Assembly (NCBI GenBank): GCA_965371665.1
Contig: CBDUZI010000001.1
Span: forward strand, 9,411 to 73,410
Length of the DNA: 64,000 nucleotides
Direction of reading: 5' to 3'
Source of the DNA: an uncultured bacterium
GTDB taxonomy: Bacteria > Oederibacteriota > JAAXVQ01 > JAUVAV01
Shown: one piece after another, positions 43,601 to 55,600 of the stretch
How the letters are laid out: every line of letters begins with the position of its first letter
Position numbering within the stretch: position 1 is the stretch's first letter
Program-made: the position numbers and the translations under genes
The notes under the pieces: generated by a model
The model's database searches: none
Told to the model about the DNA's origin: nothing
The model's input: the letters and a program-made list of their open reading frames with translations, nothing else

Positions 43601-46600
43601 TATGCTTTTTTCAGCCGGTCATGCTCAACATAGACCTCTCCCAGCCGATCATAGGCTGTCCGAATCTGTTGGCCTAATTCAAACAGATGCTGCTCCAGGG
43701 ATATCGATGGATTCAAGGATGCTGCCTGCATGGTTGTTACTAATGCCCGTGCCTCAAGGTCGACTACGTCCCGGGCCTGGGTTATAAGGCCGGGTAATTC
43801 CCGCCGGCGCTGCAGATTATCCTTTGTTTGTACGTTTTCTTGCCGTAAAGCTTCCAGTTCTTGAATCAGCCGATCCTGCTTGTGTCGTGCATGTTGCAAC
43901 TGCTGATACTGATGGTTAAGGGAATCTTTACACTCAAGCAGTCCGTCTTTTTGCGCCTCCAGTTCTGCAATCTTTTGTTTTACCGTCTGAAGTTCTCCGA
44001 GGTCTGGAGCTAAATAATCTTCTGCGCTCATACCAAAGGGTTCTTTCATGATCAGGAATCCAACATCTGATACCTTAACGTCTTGGGAACTTCGCGCAGG
44101 GAAGATGCGGCCGGTGGGAATACGCGCCTTGGCGCTCCCGGCGTAATATTTCAACTGAGCCAGGCCGGGCGTGCGGGAGCGTGTGAAATAGCGCTGCAGT
44201 TTTCTGGCAAGTCTGGAACTCAGCGGGCGGGCGCTGACGACGATGCGGTCGATGCTGCCGGTATGTGCATCCACGCCCAGAGCATAATTTTCATGGATTT
44301 CCGTAATGTAATAAGTCCGGGTTTTTCCGTCGTCGCCGGTCATCACGAAGGGAGTGTCATGCGCCAGGCAGGCGTTTAAAAGCTCCCTTCCGCTGGAGAC
44401 TTCAGGAAATCCGCTTTCAGGCGAGGCCTTGACCTGGACGACTTGCTCAATGACAGGAGCCAGTTTTCGTTGAAGGATTTGTAAAGAAGTTATGGTTTCC
44501 AACTCGAGATTTGCTAAGTGCTGTTGATATACGGGATTTTCGGCCATGCTGGCCAGCAAACGTTCCAGCACGGCGCCTTCGTAACCAGCCGATCGCACCC
44601 AGCTGAGTTCTGCGAATTGAATATCCAACAAGATTTTACTCAAAACGGATAAACGCGTCTCGGTGCTTAACATTTTGCAAATCATGTCGAGTTTATATTG
44701 CTGTTCGCTATCCCTGGGGCTGGGACTGGATAAAAGCTCAGCGAGCTTTGCTTGCCGGTTTTCGGTATTATCCTCTTTAATGCCTTTAATATATTCAACC
44801 ATCTCTTGGTACGCCTGCTGCCTGGCTTGAGTTTGGCTGTCCTTGGCTCCTGTCATTTGGCGGGTTTTCTCCTTAATGGCCTTGCGCTCGCCATTTTTGA
44901 AAATATAGAAAAGCAGCGAACCTGCTTTGATTAAAACCAGGATTCCGGCCAGGGCAATGACTACACCGGCTATGATGGCTAAAGGCAGGGAAAAGACTTG
45001 CAACAGCATTACCAGGGAAACGGCCAGGCCGGCCGTGGTCCCGATCAGGATCGATTTCATCGGCAGCGAGAGCTTGGTCAGAGGATAAAAAGAATTGAAT
45101 TCAAAGGTGGCATTCTTCCAGATGCCAGGATGTTTTTGATTTGCATAGGTGAGAAACGCGTCATTATCAATAATCCCGGCTTTATCGAAACCGGATAAGC
45201 CGTGGATTAAAAATTCACTTAAACTCTGCAGCTTGAGAGGGTGGTTACTAATATGAATTCTTCCCACCAGAGTACGGGTATCCTCCACTGCCTGATCATA
45301 AAACCGGTTAATTCGTGCCGATAACTCAGCCTGGACCTCGGCAGGAGTTTTTCCCTCAGCCTTCCAGGTTTCAATTTCGGCAAAATAGAGTTCGCTCACA
45401 TGATAGGGGTTGAAACCGAGCATAAGCGGACAAGTTTGGCCTCGATTTTCTTTTTGCCATTCGGTTCTTAAGCTTTTCACCTTATCGATTACGGCTGTCA
45501 GCCGTTGTTCCCCCCGGCTAGCAAGAATATGGCCGGTGGCATCATCGCGCAAATTGTACTTCCAGGCTTCTTCCTTCGCTATCACCATTTCAATAACCAG
45601 GTTGATATGATTTCGTGCTGCCAAAGTCACTAAATTCATTTCCGCCGACCTGCGATCGAGAAGATTATGTTTTGCCATATATAAGCCGATGTATTTTTCC
45701 CACTCATAGGGATGAAAAACAACATCCACCGGTTCAGGATGTCTCTCCTCCAGGATCGGCGCTATATCAGCCGTTTTATCTCCAAAGGCCACATGATAGG
45801 CGGCTACCTTCAGTCTTAAGCATTTAGCCGCTTTAATCTGTTCGCGGGTGGTATAAAGTTCATACTTTTTGCTGCCCATAAATAATGTTATATAAACCGA
45901 ATAAGCAATCATGGTGAGCAGGATTATGAGATTGGACAGCCAGCGTATTTTCATGATTTTCGAAATCCCAGGTATAAATTCGGGCAAATTTATTATCGTC
46001 GAAGCTATGGCGGCATTTCGAACAAATTTCTCGGGTGTGTACATCCGGTCTTCAGGCTTTTTCTCGACCGAGATTTCGGCCTCGACACTGCGCGTTTCGC
46101 GAATTTCCGCGCCTGCCTCGGGATATTTTAATTCATCGAAAAATGCCAGCACCTCTTGGGAAAATCCCTCTACGTTCTGGGGACGGTATAATCTGGCTTT
46201 TATTTCTGGGCTGTCCAGGGATATATAGCCGAGTTTTTCAGCAGGATAATCCGCAGCCTGAATCTCAGTCCGAATTTCCAGGGCCTCGACATCTTCGCCC
46301 AAACGAATCTCGAAATTGTGACCAGCGGCTTGCAATTGATCCTGGAGGGCATAAATATAATGCATCTCTTCGCGAGGCGCCATTTCTTCGGAAAGCATAA
46401 TCGCTACCACGGGTACAACGGCTATACGTTTACGCCCGGCTTCGGCTATTATTTCCTTAATTTCCCGAACCAGGGTCGCGATCTGCTCTTCCCGATTGGC
46501 TTCCGTCTGGGATGAAGGCAGCAATATCTCTGCCTCGGGATTAAAGGCGCCGGTCGCTTTCGTGAGCCTTACCCCCCCCATACCGAAGCCTTGAGAAGAT

Positions 46601-49600
46601 AGGCGCACGGCCGGCAGGATGACTTCATCGCCGCTTAAAGCGGCAAGGTCTTGGGGAGAAATCAAACCTGCGCTGGCGCCTAATTTTTGGGGATCCAAAT
46701 GAGAAGCCAGAACTATACCAGCAGCATAGCCTTTATCGGCAAGCCATTGATTTGCTTTGGCGATAATGAGTTCACCGTTGGGTTGACTTAAAGCTTCACT
46801 ATTAATCATAAATCTTTTGGTCCCGGACCATTGGCTGATATCCGACCGGGTTTCTTTGTCTCCTTGCAAGGCAAAATAGATTTTTATTCCATAAAGCAGG
46901 ATCGGTGGCACCAGTATAGCCAGTAAGGGATTTATCACTGAAATGCTCAGGATACCTAAGCCGCTTAAAGTTTCGGCCAGGTTAGCAACCGCATCTAAAC
47001 CTAAAAAGCGAGTGTACACCCAGAAGCCCAGCCCCATTCCGGCAATGATTAATCCGCCCCCCGCGGCTTTGCCTGCCATTCCAATTTTACCCTCTAATTT
47101 AAAAAGGCGGAGTATTTCGGCGAGTTTTTTCGCTCGCACGCCAAACAATTCAATAAATAGAATGGCGCCGAGCCACCACAACAAGTGCACCAGTTCAAAT
47201 CCCATGATCGTCTCTATCAAGCCAGACCAAAATACGACGTAGGCTGCAAAGGCACTACTGCCTAAAAAGCTTGCTATTCCCAGAAATTTATTCCTGGTTA
47301 TTCCATATACAATAAAATAACCCATAACCAATGCAGTCAATGCAACAGCACTTCCCAACATGATTTGAGTTCCAAAGAAAAGCAATCCCAACCCAAGGGC
47401 AATGGCTCCCAGGGATGCTAGAACCTTGTTCTCCAGGGCGCTCCGGATTTTCGAGGATTTAAAGGCAGGCGTATCCTTGCCTTGCAAGAGGGAAATGACG
47501 GTCTGTCCCAGATTTTTACCTAGAGCGTCGATTTGTTCCGAACGCAATGGGGTTGAGCTCTTCTGGATAATTAGTTCCAAAAGTTTATTTAAAGGCGTAT
47601 TTTTTCGGCCTGGATTTATGCCTTTGGCCGTGCCTAACGTCAAAGTGCTGCCTTCGGAAAATTCGGCGGGTTGATAGGGATTCGGACATAGATTCAAATT
47701 CCCTTGCCCAGCCTGACCTGTCAAAACAAAATGTTTCTCGACTAACTGCTTTATGGCTCCGTAGTCAGAATGACGCAAGACGGTTTCCAGAAGGCCATTT
47801 TTAAGTTTACTTATAACTTCATCTGGTTCCTGTCTCGGCCAAAGATAAGCCGCAGCACCTATGGCGAAAAGCAGAGCCCGGGGGGACTTCGCTGCAGCCA
47901 GCGAAACTCGCAAAGCTTGAAGTCTTTTCTCTTGGTCTGCGTCTAAAGTTTGGGCACCAGCCAGATCAATAATCTCCTGGTCCAGCCTATGTATCTCTTC
48001 ACGCTCTTTTTCCTCTGCCTGGGAACCCAATGTTTCTGCCAAAGTCTGAAGCATATGTTGGTTTTTTGCTTGAATACTCTGAGTATCGCGTTGTACCGGT
48101 TTAGCTTTTTCAGTTTTTTTAGCCGTCATGAGTACGTTTAAATTCGCTTCGAATATTTCCGGCTTGCTTCTGTCCAGTTTTAAGGCCACGTTTAAAAGGT
48201 TTTCCGCTTCCTCGCCCTTGAATCCAGCAGCTTGGATTTTCTGACGCAACTGCTCTTCAAACTTATCAATCTTTACCTCTTTTGGCTTTTCATCTTCATA
48301 CAGCTCTTCCTGCTTCTTCAATTCTTTTTCGGCCCAGGCCTTGGCCTTTTCCTCGCTGAGAACCGGGCCGATCAGGGTTTTATATTCCTCGCGAAGATCC
48401 GGATAATCCTTGCTAAGAATCATGCCGGCAAAAATTTCCAGGAAGCTGAACCATTTCCAGCGATTCGGCTTATCGAAGAGTGTGCCCGGGTATTGGGTGA
48501 CATCATGACCCGTGACATGGAAGAGTCTTTGCTTAATCGCGGCCAATAAAAATTCTCCCGGCTCCCGTCCGCCCACTCTGGTCTCGGCCTCGGATTCAAT
48601 CCAGGGAATATCCTTGCCCATGACCTTATGACCCGACATCAGAGCCAGGGTAATGAGTTCGGTTTCGAATTCCATCTTGACGCTGCTGGCAAGTTCAAGC
48701 GCTTTCTTGACAACCTCCGGCCGAAAAGCCTTAAATCCGGCCTGCGTATCCGGCACTCCTCCCAGCGGGACAATCGCCCGGACCATGAGATTAAATCCCA
48801 GGCTCAGGATATGCCGCGCAAGCGGCTTGGCAAAAACCACGGATTCCGGGCCTACGCGCGACCCGTAAACCAGTCCGACATCCGCATTCTCAGGATTGGT
48901 CAGCGGTTCTGTGAGCTTGCCAAAAAGCCCGGCATTGGTGGAAACATCGGCATCTATATAGCCGGCTATATCCACCTCGTCTTCTTCCACCATTATTTTA
49001 TAGGCCTCGTACAAGGCTCCGCCTTTTTTTTCCTGCCTGGCGAATTTCAAGCCTTTGCGGTCGAAATAATACTCGACCCTGATCTGGTCTGCCCGGTGTT
49101 CAAAATCGCTTTCGATCACATTCTGCGCCAGCCGGGCTGAAGCGTCATCGTCTGTGGTAAAAAGAATCCTGGGGCCTAAATGTCCGGCCTTTTTATCAGG
49201 ATCACTTGAATAAGCTACTCCCTCTTCTACAATAGTAATCGTCATCACATCCAGCTTTTCCACACCCTCTTTTTCAGCCTTATCCAGCTTTTCTTTAGCC
49301 TCTTCGGCGTCTTTCTTGGCATCTTCCACCTTTTTTTCAAGGTTTGGGTCCTGCTTAGGAACTAACAGGTTAAGCTTTTTTAATATAGCCGGCAGACTGA
49401 ATATCAACCCGCCCAAGCCGGCCAGCCCGATACCTGTCCAGGAACCCAATATCAAGGCCGCTGGAAAGAAAAAAGTCATGACCACTCCGGCGATGATTAG
49501 AAGAATGCCGATAATCCCGGCAGCAAGCACAGTGTTTTCATCCCAGGCATTCAAGGCTTTACGCTTTTTGCTCAAGTCTTCGTGGTTTTTACGCGCCTCT

Positions 49601-52600
49601 TCTTCATCCTTTTCGATTTTCTCCATCTCCGCTTTTCGGAGTTTTTCCAAGCCCACTTTCGCGGCTAGTCTCAATTCCTTTATCTCTTCCTCCGTAGGAT
49701 TGCTTTTTACCTTAATGACCAGGTGATTGCTTTTCCTGTCCTTGTCCTTTCCTTTTTTAGTAATGCTTTCTTCTATCTGCTCGATGGGAGTAACCTCCTC
49801 CAGAATGTCCTTGCTCGCTTGCCAACTTTTCGTGCCGTCGTTATAAGGATGGTTGGTTCCGTCCATTAACAGCACTTTCCAATCGACTCTTTCATTCCAG
49901 GCCGCGTTATCGTCGATTTGCCGAACTTTTACGCGCAGAAAATCCTCCCCATTAGGATGACCCAGCACCGGGTCCTCGCTAAGATTGGGGAAAATCCGGT
50001 TCTGTTCCCGGTAAAACGAAATTGCCACGCCCAGGAGCAGTCTGTCCTTTCCTTCCGGAATCCTGGTGTTTCTCATATCCACCTTTGCTTCCGCAAGTTT
50101 CAGAATATAGCGAAACATGGTCCAATCTATTTCCTGCATATCATTTGCACTGAGCCGAATAACTTTTTGACCGCTTTGCTTAAATAGCTTTATTTGGTCC
50201 GAGCTCTGTCTTTGGTATTCTTCCGGGGTTAAAACCAGATATGGCAGAAAAGCACCCTGCATAGCCACAGCCTCTGCTCTTTCCATCAGCTTTACGCGGG
50301 TTTGTTCGATATCTTGAGAGAGAGAAGGGCTTGCGGCCTCAGACGTCCGGACCTGGGATATTGCCTGGAGTCCATCCCTGACTTTTTCCAAGGGCGCCAG
50401 CAATTTTGGCGTGAGCCCTCCTTGCTCATAGTTTCGAATAACTTCATTTATATTCTCTAAACTATTGTCAATATTATCCTGACGCCCGGGATTGTCTTGA
50501 TACAGCTTGAGCAATTTATTAAATGCTATGACTTTGGCTTCATACAAAATGCCTTTGCGGCCGATATGCACCAGAATGGCCTGGGCACCTGCCACATCGC
50601 CGGCGCTGCCTAATTCCAACGCTTCCCGGACGATCTTATTAATCTCCGAAATGACTTCGGCATTGGCTTTTTCGGCTTTTTTATTTTTTTCCTGTTCCTT
50701 TTCCAGGATTTTAATCGCCTTGCTTTTATCGATCAGTCGTTTCTCGCCTAAAGCCTTGATTAAGTCAGGATCGGCTTGCTTGCGCTTGAAAACATCATCC
50801 AAATACTCTTTAAATTCATCCGCGTTCGGCGAGAGCAAGGCCGCCGCAAGCACGCTGGACATAACCATGGTCATGGCTTCATCGGCTTTCAACCAGGTCA
50901 TATCCGTGTCTTGCTCATCAGCTTTTTTGCGTTTTTCATTGACCTTGTTCTTGACCGCAATGAGCGTGGCCCTGAGATCTTCCGGCGTGGTCTCGGCGGT
51001 GAATAAATCCTCCAAATTTTTTACGGCTTGCTCTTTTTGAGCCCTCGTTCCTTGCCATAAGTGCTCAAACAGTCCGCCGGATTTAAAGTGTTCATCCCTT
51101 AGTAAACTATTGCCTTCTGTTGGACGGATTTCGGGTCGGGCAGGAGTGGCCCGGCGTTTTTTGTAGAAGTAGCTTAAAAGGCCGGCGATCAGCGTCACGA
51201 TAGTAACTTGGATAGCAGCCAGGGTGATCCGGCCCCGGCTGGTTGAGAACAAGGGAGCCCGGGGCGAACCTTCCAATACGATGTGATCCAATATCTCAGG
51301 ATTGGTCTGGGCCACATACTGAATAACTTCTAAATCCGGGACCAGGCCTTCAGGGCTTAAAACTCTCCCGCGCTGCAGCGCCTCGGGCAGATACTTGAAT
51401 TCCCAGGCCATGGCATTCCCGGTCTGAAGATTGCAGATAAGCCCGTCGCATTGATCCATAACCGGTTTCATTCTTTCAAAAAGTTCAGCCCGGATCCAGG
51501 CCTGCGATTTCCCCTCTGCCAGCCAGGCCTTTATCTCTTCCTGGTAAGAATCCATGGAAAAATGCCAGGAATCAAAGGTAATTCCAACCGGTGCGGGTCT
51601 ATCCGGATGTCGGCCGGCCCAGGCGTCTCTCAAGGCCTTCGCATACTCGATCTGATTCATGAGGTATTCATCCTGACTTATGCCGGCGGCTTCCAGGGGT
51701 TCGAACAATTCCCTGGCTACCGTGGTTTCAAAGGTGATGGTAATATTGTTATCCGCGGCTTTTTCCAGCAGGGCCAGTTCTTCGGCCGTAGGCGCTTTTC
51801 TGGTCAAATGGTCCTCCATCGCCTGGGGATCTTGTTCCAGGGTCTTGACGTCGGGTTTGGTCAAGCGGAAATAATTCGCCCAGTCATAAGGATGAATGTT
51901 GGCCTGCGTAGGTTCGGCATGGGGCGTATTAACAATATCCGTAAGGGATAAAACCTCTTCTTGCCAGGGAATGTGATAAGAGCCGACTTTCAGGTTTAAT
52001 TCTTTGGCAGCCTGCAATTGGTCTGGGGTGGCATATACCTCGACTCTTTCCGCTCCGGTATAAAGCTGCCAATATTTTATATACATACCCATGAGTGGTT
52101 TCAAAAGAATACCCCGCATAGACCAGAAGCCGGTAGTAGTTATGTGCCCGCGGGACATAAGTTCCTGGGACAATTCAGAAAGCGGGGCCTCCTCGATTTT
52201 CAGCTGCTCGAGCACCTGGGCCGGCTGCGCCACATCCGGACTCACCTGGGTGGTAGCCGGGGCGGCCTGCATTTCCGTGACTCCCGCAGCCTCTGGTTGC
52301 GTCATGGCGGAAACATATTGATTTCCTGGAACCCCAAAATACCAGGCGCCGGCTGTCAGGGTCAAGACACTGAGTAGGGCAAACGGAAGGAGTAGCGTCA
52401 AATGTTTGCTTTTGAAAATATTCTGTACTGCTTGCGGCAGCTTATCGTTTTGCAGCAGCCTGGGTATACCAACTCTTTGCTGCACCTGGTTCCGGATTAA
52501 CAACAATGTTCCAAGAACAATTATAGCCGTACCGCTCAGTCCAGCCACCCAACCGGAAAACAGAATGAATGCAGCCACGCCGCTTAAAAAAAGCGCTGCG

Positions 52601-55600
52601 CCTGTCAAGGTTGTCAGTACCGGCCTTTCAACCGATCTCCTGGTAGAAAGGGTGATATCTGTCATGCGATCACGCCAAGATCGATAAGCGATCGTTAGGG
52701 AGCCATCGTTTTGCAGCCAATAGGTTCCTACTGCTCCTCGCAATTTGGGATCCGCTCTAAACGTACGGACAACTCGCCAAATATTCCGCCTATACAGTCG
52801 GGTGGTTGCTTCATCAGCCGTAACTACCAGCAGCACCTTTTGGGCATTGCAGTCGATGCTTAACGCTGTTTCACGAATAAATTCCATGAGCTCATTGTTT
52901 AAACGCCCGGGATCATTAATCTGTATGACAACTAGCGGACGGTTCACCAGGCCAAAACTGGCTATTTGGATCGGAGAGGCCTGTTCGGCTTGCAAATTAT
53001 CCCCACCAATCTGGCGGAACCGGCCGGCCCTCGCCAGCTGGTAAAGCCTATTATCATCGGCGTTTGCAGGGATCGGCTCAAAGGTCTGTGAAACCCAAGG
53101 TTTCAATGCTTCTGATTCGGCAGTCACTGCCGCTTGTACATCTGTCGGCTCTTTGGCTGCCACCATTTCGGCTTCGGGAACTCGGGTTTCAGGCACAGCA
53201 ATCGGTACTGTCGCCACTGACGCAACCAGCTCGGGTACGGCTTCACCGAAGAAATCCTGAAAGATGGCGGCGGCCATGGTTTTGTATCGCATCAAGGGAT
53301 CTCGGTTTTTCAAAAACATCCTTAAATTAACATCTTCCCTGGTGCTCTCCACCGGATGCAGGAACCTTGCACCCCAAGCCAGGCGCAAAGCAAAGATGAT
53401 ACTTTCGCGCAGCTGATCCGGAGTGCGCTTCTGGGATTGATAACGTAAAGCCGCAGCCCGCACAAGATTTTCCCGGAAATGTTGCCGGGCTTTGGCTGAA
53501 CTGCCCTGCCCTATAACGGATTGATATTGGTCGGCCAGCGCTCTGAGGTCTGCCTGCGATAAGGCAATACCGCGTTCCTGTAGTTCGGCAACCAGCAATT
53601 GAAATCCATTGAGGTCCAGCAACCGTTCCGAAGTTATTTCCGCTTGAATTCTGCGAATCAATTTCCGGCGCAAATCTCCACCTTTAGTTTTGTCTGCCTG
53701 GGCTTGCCGGATAAACGATCGTAAAGAGGTGCTCATATGGGGAAATAGGGTACTAAGGGCCCTAACCATTCCAGAGACTTCCCACTCATACGGATTGGCA
53801 GCCCGCGCATGCATCTCCACGATCAGGGCGGCCCGCCTTTTCAAGGCTCTGCGTAATGCTCTCCGGTTGGTAAAGCGTGCGGTAAGTTCGCCCAAGGTTT
53901 GCTGGATTGCGCCTCGAACAAAGGTATCCAGCTCAGCAGCATCATATTTCTTAACCTGTTGGATTAAAGCGCGGAATTGTTTATCCGCCGAATCCAGCGG
54001 TTGTAAATACTGGTCATTGTAAGCACGCATATCGGCATCCCGCCGGGAAATTCCCCGATGGATACGTCGAATATATTTAACCACGTTCTTACCCAGGGGG
54101 GTGCCGACCAAATTAACCTTCGTGTCACTTTCCAGGCTCTGGACAAGTTTTTTGACGAAATCAGGTGCATAAGTCTGGAAGATATCATCATCCATCAAAC
54201 TGTAGATGAACTGGGCAAACCCGCGTAAACCCTGCCGGGCCACGCGTCCGAAAAGCTGCTCACGCGCGGTCTTGCTCGGCGGAATCTCGGCTTCGATGGC
54301 CAGCATGTCAGGCCCTACGACGTTGAAGCCCAGAGTACCGCGGGGGTTGGTAATGGTAACGACATTAGGCAGGGCCGCGATCTCACGAATGGCTTCAAGA
54401 TTTTTCTGAGTATCGGAAGAAATTTGACAAAGTGTCAGGATCCGATATTGTTCCCTAATACGCTCTTCTGCAGCCTGCCGCGCCTTGGGTTCAGTAATCT
54501 TCGCGGCTTTGGCCATCTGGACGCGTATTGCCTTTCCTTGGGCCTTAGCCTGGGCCACAATGCGGGCAACCTTTTCAGGCGAAGCGCGGGCATCGATGAC
54601 TTCCACCGTTAATCCGGGCTGTGCTCTCAAAGTCTTTAAAAGACTGTGGGTTAAATTCATTAGCTTGCGGGTAGTGTATGTTCCGAGCAAAGTTCCGGCC
54701 AGGGGTCTGTGCTGCCCTATGATCTCCTGCAGGGCCTCGGTCTGATGATAAGGATATAAGTGAATCTGATCGGCATAACGATCCCGGACCAGTGAGAGTC
54801 CGTGGTCCGAAGGCAGGAACAGCGGCTCAAATCCCATGCGCTCGCGAAATTCCTTGAGTTCCTCGCGGTTGCCGATAGTGGCTGACATATAATGCAAATA
54901 GGGATAACGCCGGGCATATTGGGCTATGGTCAGCTGGCTCTGATAGTCGCTGATTCCGGTAAACCGGATGCCGGCCCGGATCGCCGGATTAGTTTCTTCC
55001 AGAAAGGCTTTGGCCTGCAAGGCTTGATGGGTACCTCCCCTGATTTCCTGGCCATGCATGTATTGCCCGGTTAAGCGGTTGTAAAGGACTATAACTCCTT
55101 TAACCAAACCATACTCAATTCTACCCGCTTGTTGCGGTCTGGCGCGCGATTGGCCTTCGGAAAGATTGGTCTGGATGAATAAGAATTGCGCATCCAGCGC
55201 GGTCCGCAGGTAATGCTGCAGGACTGGAAATTCCGTCAAATCCCTCCCTTGGGGTAAACCCAATATGGCTTTTACCCGCGAACGTCCTGCCGGGGTTAAT
55301 GCCGCCAATTTGATATCTTCTTCAATCTTTACTTTGTACAGGTCCGCATCCTCTGCCACCAGCTTAGCAACCTGGGCAAAATATAGTCGTATGACCGCTG
55401 GATTAGAACGGACCAAATCTTCAATTTGCCGGAAAGGCGGCAGGGATTTGAAACCAGCCTGAGCTAAAAGTCTCGGTAGTGCCTCACGAGCCTGGGAACT
55501 TAGCCGGAGCTGTTCAGTCGCTAAATCCATCTCCAACATACCAGGAGTCTCGACGAGAGCTCCTATCAACATTTTAAGCCTCTGGTCCTGAAGCGGTTCC

